A DNA stretch of 64,000 nt from Macrostomum lignano (taxonomy: Eukaryota), in NCBI GenBank assembly GCA_002269645.1, contig NIVC01000212.1:248001-312000 (forward strand), given 5' to 3'. The notes beneath the pieces were generated by a model. That model saw only the letters and a program-made list of their open reading frames with translations. It made no database searches and had not been told where the DNA came from. Made by a program: the position numbers and the translations under genes. Below, in pieces: positions 11,202-24,090 of the stretch; the stretch's first letter is position 1; each line of letters opens with the position of its first letter.

Positions 11202-11927
11202 ATGCTCCACCTCCAGCCCTGGTACCCGAGCGCCGAGCGCAGCGAAGCCCGAACCGAATGCCTGCTGCACTCGCTGCTAGCCCAGATCGAGGCTGATAAG
11301 CGACGAGCGCTGAGCACTTTCGGCTTGCGATTCGTTGACCCTAGCAATAACGACGTCGAAGATGTCGAAATGACGACCGACGGCGACGAAGGAGCCTTTG
11401 AATGGCGACCGGCCTCGCAGTTGCCGTCGTTCTATTCGCGCCGTCAACGCCCGGCCGCCGCTACTGCCGCCTCTGCTCTGACTTCGTCCGTGTCTACGTT
11501 CCGCTTGAGCAGGCCAGGCGCTTCCGTTGCCGCGTTTCGCAGCGTTGCCGCTCTGCGACGCAGCCGCCGGTCCGAGCTCGACGAGACGCCCAAACGAAGT
11601 CGGCTTCGACTGCATCAACAGAAGCCGCCATCGCCGCCGACGCCGCCATCGCCGCCGACCCACCAACGGCGTCGTCATCCGGCGGGCCAACCGGAGCAAC
11701 CGGAGAAGCCGAAAAACAAGCCGACCGCGTCGCCTCCACCGGCGGCTTCGTCGAATTTCGCTGGCCGACTTCGCCAGAGGCTGCTGCAGCCGATCATTAA
11801 GCGCTGCCTCAGCTCAAGTCGGCTTGGCAACTCCGGCGGCGTCGGTAGCGGCTCAACAACGCCTCGACTGATTCGACTGCGACCGCGCAAGTCGACGTCG
11901 TCTGTACAGCTGCGCGTGTCTGGTTAG
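11202..11927 (+). CDS. Cip/Kip-like cyclin-dependent kinase inhibitor (divergent CDI domain), single exon, 241 aa
   Basis: LLHSLLAQIEADKRRALSTFGLRF...EGAFEWRPASQLPSFYSRR aligns by eye with the p27/p21 CDI core (WNFDF...EGKYEWQEVEKGSLPEFY). It is followed by a disordered basic/Pro-rich tail with CDK-type sites (ETPKR, TTPR). Confidence 0.6.
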   Translation: MLHLQPWYPSAERSEARTECLLHSLLAQIEADKRRALSTFGLRFVDPSNNDVEDVEMTTDGDEGAFEWRPASQLPSFYSRRQRPAAATAASALTSSVSTFRLSRPGASVAAFRSVAALRRSRRSELDETPKRSRLRLHQQKPPSPPTPPSPPTHQRRRHPAGQPEQPEKPKNKPTASPPPAASSNFAGRLRQRLLQPIIKRCLSSSRLGNSGGVGSGSTTPRLIRLRPRKSTSSVQLRVSG

Positions 11928-13878
11928 TATCAAAATGATTTGTAGACTTGTATAGGCACCTTAATTTTCAGTCAAATTGATTGATTCAGTCCTCGTTCAT
12001 TGGTCGATAGGCCAATCGGTTGATCTACGAGAACACAATCCGACCCTAAAGTGTATTTAATTTGGCAACATGGTAATAGATTTTGTGCACGTTTAACACC
12101 TACATATTTGCGTTGTTTCTTGTATTAAACTTCAGACATGTTTAATCAGCAGAAGAAACAGTCGCCCAAAGCGCTGACAGAACGTGGAAAATCGATGCGT
12201 TATTGATGTACAATGGACTTCTCCCGATCCCGAGCATGACTCCGGGACTGCTATATCTCTGTGTATACCGAATATACTACACTGTGTAAGTAAGATTTTA
12301 CTGACTCTTAGTAAGCCTTAATTGAGCAGCTTATGTGCACTGTGTTTGCTCAAAGTTGTTGACCCCCCCCCCCAATGACGAACGCGCGCTGGAAACTTCT
12401 GGTCTGCATGGCAGTCTTTGTTATTCAAGTGTCTCTTATCTTCACGTTCGTGTTTTTTGCAAAGTTTGTAAACAACTTTACACACACATACAAGGGATCG
12501 GGATAAGGGATACATAATGTGGATAGCTTTAATTGCCATATATACTTAGAGAGTAATCCTCCTTAAAAAACTTGGTCAACTCATACGACGCCCACAGACC
12601 AATAAGTGTATAAGTTATACTTATTGGTCTGTGACGACGCCTTTTAAAGCTTTTTTCTCGGTATAATAGCGCATTATCGACAAACAAAGACTATAAAGAG
12701 GGTCCATAAGTGTTTGAAGTTGCCTCCCACGTCTCAGCAGCACCTGCTCTCCTCGCATCCCCACCCCGCGGCTATAACAGGCATCAAAGTTTTCCCTTAT
12801 TAATTTAACAACCCCACACTTGAGCCCAGCGGGTGGCACACACCATCTTTCGAGTCCTATAAGACTGAGAGCTGCTCTCTTTATAAGTAATCTTTAATTT
12901 GATTACTAATAGAGTCTCAAAATACAGTTATAATCCCTTGTGTTGATGAATGATGACGCAACCAAATCTCATATAAATTTGACATCAAAACCATCTATCT
13001 AAGAGCAGCTGTAGGAGGGGCCACTGCAGAGGTGGGAGCACGTGACAGCTCCCAGCCCAGTTTAAACTGACCCCCCGCTGCGGAGCTGCTCAAACGAACC
13101 GAGAGACCGAACCGAATGGAAAGCCCCCAGGGGGTTGCGAGGAGTATATTGGGCCCGATTATATACCCTAGTTAATGTTTAATCCTGTGACTTTGTTATA
13201 TTATAGCCTGACAATATATAATATTACTTGAAGGCAATAAGAACAAAGATTCTAACTGATTATATGGACAGATAGATGGATGTAGGCGGGGTCCCCATGT
13301 AGGCCCAAACCGACAGGCAGACAGACAGGCAGGGAGACACGAGAGAAGTCTGCTGCAGCTGCTGCTCCGTTCCGTGTTTGATCTGACCTTAAGTGTCCCT
13401 CCCGGCTCATTCAAACCCCATCATTTGAGCTCAGACTCACAGGCTACTCAGCGGCCACTGACACTTCAAATTAAATATTGAACAAAGACCAGCAAAGGCT
13501 GTTTGACTCACTGTTTTATATGCTAAAGATTAAGCCTGCTCATCTTATTATAATAAATTTGAAGCAGCTTACATTGAGTGAAATATGAGAATAAGATTTG
13601 GGCAAACGGTCTTGCTCAGGTCTAACAAAGAGGACTAACAGGTTTATATTTATAACAAAGACCCATCATTGCCTTCTATAGACGCATAAGTTGATTACAA
13701 AAAGGGCACGAATTTAAATTCTATTTGTTTCTTTAACTTTCTCTCTTCCTTTCAATTTCAGCTTTCTGGTCACGCCCCGGTAAGAACCGAAACGGAAGAA
13801 GGACTTAACTTCGCTACCGCCGCCTCCCCGTGGCCGAAGGAAAATAGCGAAAACAATTTCTTTTTTTCTCCGCTACCC

Positions 13879-13892
13879 GTGACCATGGCAAC
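13879..13892. promoter_or_regulatory. RFX X-box-like motif GTGACCATGGCAAC
   Basis: One mismatch from the X-box consensus, within a GC-richer patch. Confidence 0.35.
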
Positions 13893-14508
13893 AAGTTGAA
13901 CTTTGTTACAATTTAAACTCTGCCTGCTAAAGCAGACAAAATAAAGTTGTATGAATTAATTATGAATTTTTTCTAATCAGTTTTCACTCTCTAAAAACCA
14001 ATTAGACTGTGCTTTTACTTATTATCATTACGACAAATAATTTTTGTTTGAATGCGTGTAAAAAATTGTACACTAAACTATTTTTTCATCATAGTTGAAT
14101 ACCAAGACTCAAGTCCTGTACAGTTTACTCTCATAATTGTTATTCTTTTTTCTATTTATTTTTGCTATTGAAACATTTTTCGATAGTTCAGTAACTTCAA
14201 TTTTCAAAATACTGACAAATTTATTAGGCATTGTATTGTTAACCCAGTTACAGTAAAAGTTATTCATTATGAATGAATTATTTTTGTAGTCCATTTCATA
14301 TTGCATTACATTTTTTCTTTTGTGCATTAAAAATAAACTTTAATAATTCGTAAACAAACAATTAAGAAGGTTTTTCTAGCGCAATGTAGACAGCATATTT
14401 TGTATAAAATTGTGTTGCTAATGTTGGCTTCTATCATTCGATATAAAATTCAACTGTAAAAAATGACTCACGACTGTGGTGTGAAACGGTGAAAATTGAA
14501 TAGAAAAT

Positions 14509-15200
14509 AGAGGGAGAGAGGGAAGGGGAGAACGGAGAGGAGAGGAGAGTGGAGAGAGGAGAGGACTGGGGAGAGGAAAGAGAGAGGAGAGAGGAGAGAG
14601 GAGAGAGGAGAGGACAGGGGAGAGAAGAGATGAGAGGAGAGAGTAGAGAGGAGAGAGGAGAGAGGAGAGAGGAGAGAGGAGAGAGGAGAGAGGAGAGAGG
14701 AGAGAGGAGAGGACAGGGGAGATAAGAGAGGAGAGGAGAGAGTAGAGAGGAGAGGACTGGGGAGAGGAAAGAGAGAGGAGAGAGGAGAGAGGAGAGAGGA
14801 GAGAGGAGAGGACAGGGGAGAGAAGAGAGGAGAGGAGAGTGGAGAGAGGAGAGGACAGGGGAGAGAAGAGAGGAGAGGAGAGTGGAGAGAGGAGAGGACA
14901 GGGGAGAGAAGAGAGGAGAGGAGAGAGGAGTGAGGGGAGGGGAGAGAGGAGAGAGGAGAGCGGAGAGAGGAGAGAGGAGAGAGGAGAGGACAGGGGAGAG
15001 AGGAGAGGACAGAGGAGAGTAAAGAGGAGAGGACAGGGAAGAGAAGAGAAGAGAGGAGAGAGGAGTGAGGAGTGAGGAGAGAGGAGAGGACTGGGGAGAG
15101 GAAAGAGAGAGGAGAGAGGAGAGAGGAGAGAGGAGAGAGGAGAGAGGAGCCAGGAAAGAGAGAGGAGAGAGGAGAGAGGAAAGAGGAGAGAGGAGAGGGA
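14509..15200. repeat. Polypurine (GGAGA-type) low-complexity array
   Basis: About 690 bp of almost pure G/A. Confidence 0.95.
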
Positions 15201-15327
15201 AGGATTAGGGAAGCGAGTAGAGGTGATGGCAGTAGTGAAATTGCGCACTTGCTTCAGGGCGCGTCAAGGTGCTCCCGTGTTTATTAGAGTTGTATACAGT
15301 GTATTGTAACAAACTGCGCGCTTTTAC

Positions 15328-15329
<2 letters not shown>

Positions 15330-15396
<67 letters not shown>
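15330..15396. repeat. (CT)n microsatellite
   Basis: Directly visible. Confidence 0.95.
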
Positions 15397-15398
<2 letters not shown>

Positions 15399-15917
15399 GC
15401 AGGTGCAAACGTTACAGTCTCGTCTGCAAACAGCCACTTATAAATATTTTTTGCTATTGAAAGTTGAAAAAAATTAAAAAATATAAAGAACAGAAACCGC
15501 GTCCATAAAAGAATTGCGGCAAGAATGTATCCAGTTTGGTAAGGTTCTGCTGCTGCTGGCGCCACTGCTGAATGGGCCTCCAAACCAAAATACACTTGTA
15601 AATGCTGCATGGCCAAATTATAGTTAACCAGACTTTTTGACACAGAAATTCGACACCGCCGACAATGAGGCAGAAAGAAGTATTAAAAACCCCAATTTGA
15701 TACACAATATTTCACTCTCTATTGCAGGGATCTACAAATGGGAGAAATCTGCAGGTGCTGCTTGTACTCAATTATAACTTACCTTTTTAATTCTGACTCT
15801 ATAATTCAGCAATTGGTAGCTCTTTCAATTGCTACAAACACTTTCAGAGCGCACTGTGACATTGTGTATATCTGTGAGCTGACTGGAGTAGCTGATTTAG
15901 GTAGATTTAGAAGCTAG

Positions 15918-16530
15918 TCTCTATGACCCGTGTGGTACAGTGTCTATGACCCGTGTGGTACAGTGTCTATGACCCGTGTGGTACAGTGTCTATGACCCGT
16001 GTGGTACAGTCTCTATGACCCGTGTGGTACAGTCTCTATGACCCGTGTGGTACAGTGTCTATGACCCGTGTGGTACAGTGTCTATGACCCGTGTGGTACA
16101 GTGTCTATGACCCGTGTGGTACAGTGTCTATGACCCGTGTGGTACAGTGTTTATGACCCGTGCGGTACAGGTACTATGACCCGTGCAGTACAGTTTCTAT
16201 GACCCGTGTAGTATAGTCTCTATGACCCGTGCGGTACAGTGTCTATAACTCGTGCGGTACAGGGACTATGACCCGTGCAGTACAGTCTCTATGACCTGTG
16301 CAGTACAGTCTCTATGACCTGTGCAGTACAGTCTCTATGACCTGTGCAGTACAGTCTCTATGACCTGTGCAGTACAGTCTCTATGACCTGTGCAGTACAT
16401 TCTCTATGACCTGTGCAGTACAGTCTCTATGACCCGTGCAATACAGTCTTTATGACCCATGCAATACAGTCTCTATGACCCGTGCAATAGTCTCTATGAC
16501 CCGTGCAATATAGTATTTATGACCTGTGCA
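15918..16530. repeat. Minisatellite, 23-bp unit (tctatgacccgtgtggtacagtg)
   Basis: About 26 units, with variants changing gradually along the array. Confidence 0.95.
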
Positions 16531-17436
16531 AACATATGCTGGCAGAAAATTTTTCCAGGTGTTGAGCCATGCGAAAATTTTTAGAGAAGCAGCTCCTCTA
16601 TTCACTATAAGCTCTCCAAATTCACGGCTCTCCCACCGAGCGTGTGCAGATTGAATTACAAAAATCCCAGTAGCTATATATAGGTAGTTAGTGGGAGGCT
16701 TGATAATTTTGAATTACAAAATTGTTGTTAAGCACACTCCTCCTTATTAAACATGCACCTCAACCCCTCCAGGGCCCGGTACAGTACGAAAGCAGACTGA
16801 AGTATATCTGATTTAACTATCAGGTTTCAATATTCTGCTTTGCAAATATACGCATAGCCTTTGGAAGTATTCCTGCATGAATTCAAAATTATGCATTATG
16901 GTTCTCGCGCTCGCTCTCTCAGGCGCAGGGACGGGCGGGCAAGACAAAGACCACCCCCGACAGGTGAATCGGAAGCACCGTGACGAGTTCTGACTGACTG
17001 ACAAAGACCGCGTCCAGTGGAGTGGAGGTGAAGAGAAATTCTTTTTTGGCACGTGGTTTTCAATTCTATTGTCTACTTTGAGAAGGAGGGGTATTGAGGC
17101 ACCCCGTTAGCAAACAGCTATCTCTCTCTCTCTCTCTCTCGCTCTCCGCAGATTTTTGGCACAGTTCCAGGGACAAGTGGGCGACGAGATCTGGAGCGCT
17201 GGTCACTCACCGCAACACGCGACGCCAGTTGCTTAAGGGAGAATCTTGCTGCCCGCATGCAGCACCGCCCCAGCAACTTGAAGTTCGCTTCGCTGACGCT
17301 GGCAGAGTTAACAGGCATAAGTTGGGATTTTATTAAGCATGAAATAGTGGTTTGATTTGTCAAATTATTATCATTATTATGCTATACACGGTTTGTATCT
17401 TCCTTGTAGCATTGCGCAACAGTCTGTGGTATAGTT

Positions 17437-18177
17437 GCGCCAAAGTTCGATGCTTAGGGGCGCCAAAGTTTGATGCTTAGGGGCGCCAAAGTTCGATGCT
17501 TAGGGGCGCCAAAGTTCGATGCTTAGTGGCGCCAAATTTCAATGCTTAGGGCGCCAAATTTCGATGCTTAGGGCGCCAAATTTCGATGCTTAGGGGCGCC
17601 AAATTTTGATGCTTAGGGCGCCAAATTTTGATGCTTAGGGCGCCAAAATTCGATGCTTAGGGCGCCAAAGTTCGATGCTTAAAGGCGCCAAATTTCGATG
17701 CTTAGGGGCGCCAAATTTTGATGCTTAGGGCGCCAAAATTCGATGCTTAGGGGCACAAAAGTTCGATGCTTAGGGGCGCCAAAGTTCGATGCTTAGGGGC
17801 GCCAACGTTCGATGCTTAGGGGCGCCAAAGTTCGATGCTTAGGGGCGCCAAAGTTCGATGCTTAGGGGCGCCAAAGTTCGATGCTTAGGGGCGCCAAAGT
17901 TCGATGCTTAGGGGCGCCAAAATTCGATGCTAAAAGGCGCCAAAATTCAATGCTTAAAGGCGCCAAAGTTCGATGCTTAGGGGCGCCAAAGTTCGATGCT
18001 TAGGAGCACAAAAGTTCGATGCTTAGGGGCGCCAAAGTTCGATGCTTAGGGGCGCCAAAGTTCGATGCTTAGGGGCGCCAAAGTTCGATGCTTAGGGGCG
18101 CCAAAGTTCGATGCTTAGGGGCGCCAAAGTTCGATGCTTAGGGGCGCCAAAGTTCGATGCTTAGGGACGCCAAAGTT
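17437..18177. repeat. Minisatellite, 23-24-bp unit (gcgccaaagttcgatgcttagggg)
   Basis: About 31 units. Confidence 0.95.
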
Positions 18178-18825
18178 GGTATCGGATACGCCAGCAACCT
18201 ACACTCGTATGCAAGACATCAGCAGAACATGGCGCAGTCACGCACCTGCTTCCTAGCTAAGAAAGGTGTTGAAAAATAGTCCCAATTGGATGACAAAGAC
18301 TCTTAAAAGAAGTTATAGATAGGCTACTCTTTGTTGACTGATTGATACGAGCTTAAGGAGGCGGGCGGACCTGTCGAGGAGAAGCGGTTACAGCAGAACC
18401 TCTACAGTCAACTTCAAGTGTTACCTCAGTCGCGTGGCTCACTTAAACAGGTTTTTCTCCCAGTTACTTTACAGATTACGTGTGACGCAGAATGGGGCTC
18501 AACGCCCAATTTCCTGACTAAAATAAATGGAGGCGATAAAAATATCCCAAATGTCGACACCTTTTTTCCGTTGGTTTAATCGACCATATGGAGCTGAAAA
18601 CTCCCTGGATAAAATAATAACAGTTGTGAGAGTTATCATTACACATATGCCCTCGGAGTTGAGTTAACTTGATTTCGTGAGATCAATCAATCAACAAGGA
18701 TTGTGAAAGCGGCAAGATATGGTGGCCATTATCACCGCAGTTTCATATTCTGTATAAATTTTGGCACTCAAAACTTTGGTTTAAGCTTTTTGTATGCAAA
18801 ATTCACCAACTGAATAAGGTAAAGA

Positions 18826-20182
18826 ATGAAGTAGATTCGCCAGTGAAATGAGGTAGAGAATGAAGTAGATTCGTCAGTTGAATGAGGTAGAGAATGAAGT
18901 AGATTCGCCAGTGAAATGAGGTAGAGAATGAAGTAGATTCGTCAGTTGAATGAGGTAGAGAATGAAGTAGATTCGCCAGCTGAATGAGGTAGAGAATGAA
19001 GTAGATTCGTCAGTTGAATAAGGTAGAGAATGAAGTAGATTCGCCAGCTGAATGAGGTAGAGAATGAAGTAGATTCGTCAGTTGAATAAGGTAGAGAATG
19101 AAGTAGATTCGCCAGCTGAATGAGGTAGAGAATGAAGTAGATTCACCAGTGGAATGAGGTAGAGAATGAAGTAGATTCGCCAGCTGAATGAGGTAGAGAA
19201 TGAAGTAGATTCGCCAGCTGAATGAGGTAGAGAATGAAGTAGATTCGTCAGTTGAATAAGGTAGAGAATGAAGTAGATTCGCCAGCTGAATGAGGTAGAG
19301 AATGAAGTAGATTCGCCAATTGAATGAGGTAGAGAATGAAGTAGATTCGCCAGCTGAATGAGGTAGAGAATGAAGTAGATTCGTCAGTTGAATAAGGTAG
19401 AGAATGAAGTAGATTCGCCAGTTGAATGAGGTAGAGAATGAAGTAGATTCGCCAGCTGAATGAGGTAGAGAATGAAGTAGATTCGCCAGTGAATGAGGTA
19501 GAGAATGAAGTAGATTCGTCAGTTGAATAAGGTAGAGAATGAAGTAGATTCGCCAGCTGAATGAGGTAGAGAATGAAGTAGATTCGCCAATTGAATGAGG
19601 TAGAGAATGAAGTAGATTCGCCAGCTGAATGAGGTAGAGAATGAAGTAGATTCGTCAGTTGAATAAGGTAGAGAATGAAGTAGATTCGCCAGTTGAATGA
19701 GGTAGAGAATGAAGTAGATTCGCCAGCTGAATGAGGTAGAGAATGAAGTAGATTCGCCAGAATGAGAGAGAATGAAGTAGATTCGTCAGAATAAGAGAGA
19801 ATGAAGTAGATTCGCCAGCTGAATGAGGTAGAGAATGAAGTAGATTCGCCAGAATGAATGAGGTAGAGAATGAAGTAGATTCGCCAGCCAGTGGAATGAG
19901 GTAGAGAATGAAGTAGATTCGCCAGTGGAATGAGGTAGAGAATGAAGTAGATTCGCCAGTGGAATGAGGTAGAGAATGAAGTAGATTCGTCAGTTGAATA
20001 AGGTAGAGAATGAAGTAGATTCACCAGTGGAATGAGGTAGAATGAGGTCGCCAGCTGAATGAGGTAGAGAATGAAGTAGATTCGCCAGTGGAATGAGGTA
20101 GAGAATGAAGTAGATTCACCAGTGGAATTAATGAAGTAGATTCGCCAGTGGAATGAGGTAGAGAATGAAGTAGATTCGCCAG
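18826..20182. repeat. Minisatellite, 34-bp unit (gaatgaggtagagaatgaagtagattcgccagct)
   Basis: About 40 units. The unit is itself an internal 12-bp duplication plus 10 bp, and two variants alternate. Confidence 0.95.
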
Positions 20183-20924
20183 TCTATAGCATATGGGAAC
20201 TATATCCCTTACCTGGGACACCTGATATCCTTATTGCGCTGACGCAATCCATCCATCCATTCGTAAAAATTATATTCAGCTATACCTAGACAACCCCTAC
20301 AAGGGTCAAAGTTAGTCTTGTCTGTCAGTTTGTATCTGTGCAAAATTGCGCAACCTTTCGCGAGCGGAGATGTACACGGTTGAATAGGCAGAAGCGGCAG
20401 GCCAAGATTTAAAGAGGGAGAGAACCGCATGACAAAGCAAATTAGAATATTATAATTACATTATGATAAGAAACTATACCATAAAATTCCACATTCAATA
20501 ACATAAATGCCACTGCGCCTGTTTGCTTGTTGCCAAGCTAAAAAAATATTTGAAACCCAATATTTCCGTTGAAGTATTTTTTCTCGGTTTAACGAGACAA
20601 CACTTGGTATATGTATATAGATATTATAATTCTATATCCTATAACGCAAATGTCCATTTTCGCACGCTAATTAGCCTCGCTTCGGTAAGCTTTAGGGTGT
20701 GTTCGACCCCGCTAAACACTGGGTCTTGTGACTCTTGCAATATGTTTTTTGAACTGATTGAATTACCTGTCCTAGATACCGTTGTTAAGCTCAGTAGAGT
20801 TAGGTATGATTTTTCATAATTAATAAATAAGTTCTTGATTCCGATAAAAAATTAGCAAAAAATATTGATGAAAGTGGAATACTGATTTTTTCGCATCGAT
20901 TTTTTTGATTGGTGAACTTCCTTA

Positions 20925-21400
20925 GAAATGGGATTTCTAAGAAAGCTGTTTTCGTAGAAAATTGATTTCTAAGAAAGTCGCTTTCCTAGAAACTTGATTT
21001 CTATTAAAATTGTTAAAGTAGAAAAGGGATTTCTAAGAAAGTCGCTTTCGTAGAAACTTGATTTATAAAAAAGTCGCTTTCGTAGAAACTTGATTTCTAA
21101 GAAAGCCACTTTCGTAGAAACTTGATTTCTAAAAAAGTCGCTTTCGTAGAAACTTGATTTCTAAGGAAATTGTTTAAGTAGAAAGTCGATTTCTAAGAAA
21201 GTCGCTTTCGTAGAAAATTGATTTCTAAGAAAGTCGCTTTCGTATAAACTTGATTTCCAAGAAAGGTGTCTAAGTAAAAACTTGATTTTTAAGAAAGGTG
21301 TTTTCTTAGAAACATGATTTTTCAGGTGTTTTTTCGTAGAAATGTGACTTCTAAGAAGCGTGTTTTTGTAGAAATGGGATTTCTAAGAATTGTGTTTTAC
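20925..21400. repeat. Degenerate 32-bp (2 x 16 bp) AT-rich array with TTCnnnGAA dyads
   Basis: Unit gatttctaagaaagtcgctttcgtagaaactt. Confidence 0.85.
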
Positions 21401-22077
21401 ACTTTTCCGCAAAATGTAGACTATTAATTTTATTGCATCTATTAAGTTTCTACGAGTAAAAGCCACTACTTTTTAAATTTGAAGATTTTTCTTATAAATT
21501 GCGCATAGCTACTCTGTATTACGAGCGTATAACAAAAGTAATTTAGCAGTAATAATCGTAATAATATCAGCAGCTGAAATACTAGCATTAATATATAATG
21601 AGGGACTGTATACAGATACTGAGTGCGATGCTGAATCGAGTGGACGGCGCGTCCTGACCCTTGAAATCCGGTGACCTTTCACCTCTCTTTGTCCCAACGT
21701 CAAGCCCAGTCAGTCCCACCCCTTCCCCCCTTTATCTCTACCCAGTAGGCTAAAAGCGTGCCCTGGCGCGCGTTGAACACCTGCAGCGGATATTCTATGG
21801 CAGAAACCGGCTCGGTTGTCTCTTCCGCTTCCAACCCCGTCACCCCTACCCCCCCCCCCCAAAGACACTTATCGAGTCAGCCAGCTAGACTAGCCAGTCC
21901 GCCTTGCCCTCTCGATGCTTGTCCAATAACTAATAGTGTAGTGGTTGCAAGCCAAATAATCATGGAGTTCATTCAGAATAGATGGAGTTGAAAGCTAGCG
22001 GCGAATCCCCAAGGGGGGGGGGCGTTTAAACTTCTAAATTTAAATCTAAGTCGAAAGAAAGAGAAGAGTGGGGTCAG

Positions 22078-22317
22078 GAGAGGAGAGAGGAGAGGAGAAA
22101 GGAGAGGAGAGTTCTGAGGGGAGAGAGAAGAGAAGAGAGAGAAGAGAGGAGAAAGGAGAGGAGAGTTCTGAGGGGAGAGAGAGAAGAGAAGAGAGAGAAG
22201 AGAGGAGAAAGGAGAGGAGAGTTCTGAGGGGAGAGAGAGAAGAGAAGAGAGAGAAGAGAGGAGAAAGGAGAGGAGAGTTCTGAGGGCAGGGAGAGAAGAG
22301 AGGAGAGAGAAGAGAGG
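22078..22317. repeat. Polypurine array (~50-bp period)
   Basis: Repeats of gaggagaaaggagaggagagttctgaggggagagagaagagaagagagagaa. Confidence 0.9.
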
Positions 22318-23189
22318 TGTGTGACGTATCGGTGTAGTAACAGACCTACCCTATTTTTACCTGCTGTTCCCACCGCAGCAGCAGCTGCCCCTCATGCAAC
22401 TGGTCGGGGGTGGGGGGCACTTGTTGCAATCTCATGGCTCACACACGCATAGTTTAGAGTGTTTTTGGCGGTTGGCAGCCGTATCAAATGTGAAGACAAA
22501 GAATCAAGGATCGATCCCAATGTGTGGAGAAGCTGCCACGCGGCGGAGAGTGAGAAAAAAAGAACCCGATTGAATAGAAAAAATAGGTTGAGAGCGAGCG
22601 AGTGCGTGCACGCGGCACGAGCCATGGCTACTACGCAGCGAAGGCTGCGAAGCTGTCACAGGTGGCTGTTGGCTGTGAATGATCAAGGCTCTCTGGCAGA
22701 CGTTTAGAGATCGAAAGTTGAGAGGCCTCAACCCCTCAAAAAAGGATCCATCAAGAGGAATAAAGACTGAAAAACACGGCACATGCGTATATAGCACCCG
22801 CAATATTGATTGACAGGGATGGCACCCAGGCCCTCTCCCTCGTTCTCTCGTCTCCTATTCCTCGCCTAAGCTTAGTTGCCATGCGATGCCAATTAACAGG
22901 GGTGCGTAGATAAAGAGAGAGAGGGAGAGAGGGTTAGGCAATGCAATAGACAGAATAAGGTTTTAAATTGTTCAGCCGAAGTATAGGGCAGAGAGAGAAA
23001 GGCGGAAAGACAAAGACATGTGGCAACAGGAAATGGATCGCTCAGCAACCCGCGGGGGATTCGTCCCGCCGATCCCAATGTTTTGTTTCCTCTTGTTGTT
23101 GAGTTTCCGTAGCGATTTTTAGTCTTCCGTTGTCAGTGCGTTTTGAAACAATTTCAAAATCATTCTTTTTATAATAATCATCGTAGGCA

Positions 23190-23198
<9 letters not shown>

Positions 23199-23251
<53 letters not shown>

Positions 23252-24090
23252 GTGCTCAACTGGAAGAGCGAGCAGGAAGCGTGGCACTCTGGTGGTCTTT
23301 GTTTGACTTGGCGCGAGCGACCTATAGGGAAACATTTTTGGGGATTTGAAGAGAGAGACAGGGAAACAGATTGACAGAAAGTGTGAGCTGCCTCTCCCTG
23401 CATGGGAACTAGAACCTGATGGGGATCAGTTGGGAAGATAGAAAATAATCTACAGCCGCTTACTAAGAGCACGATTTTATAAAATATTTGGGTAGAGGTA
23501 ATAGAGGGTATTGAAGGTTTAGAGGGAGAGAGGGGAGAGGGTAGAGATGGTAGAGAGGGTAGAGAGGGTATCATAGAGAATGCACAGAGGGTATCATAGA
23601 GAATGTACAGAGGGTATCATAGAGATCATAGAGAATAGTACAGAGGGTATATCATAGAGAATGTACAGAGGGTATCATAGAGAATGTACAGAGGGTATCA
23701 TAGAGATTGTACAGAGGGTATCATAGAGAATGTACAGAGGGTATCATAGAGAATACAGTATCATAGAGGGTATCATAGAGATTACAGAGGGTATCATAGA
23801 GAGGGTATCATAGAGATTGTAGAGAGGGTATCATAGAGGATGTACAGAGGGTATCATAGAGATTGTAGAGAGGGTATCATAGAGAATGTACAGAGGGTAT
23901 CATAGAGATTGTAGAGAGGGTATCATAGAGGATGTACAGAGGGTATCATAGAGAATGTACAGAGGATATCATAGAGAATGTACAGAGGGTATCATAGAGA
24001 GGGTACAGAGGTTATCATAGAGAATTTACAGAGGGTATCATAGAGAGGGTACGGAGGGTATCATAAAGAGGGTACAGAGGGTATCATAGA
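23199..24090. repeat. (GA)n microsatellite (23199-23248) and a ~24-bp purine-rich minisatellite (gtatcatagagaatgtacagaggg, ~23568-24090)
   Basis: Directly visible. Confidence 0.9.

Noticed and set aside
15200-18600. Multi-exon gene model from GC-richer patches at 15.4-15.8, 16.9-17.3 and 18.3-18.5 kb
   Set aside because: Splice-like sites exist on both strands, but I could not build a phase-consistent model with any recognisable homology.
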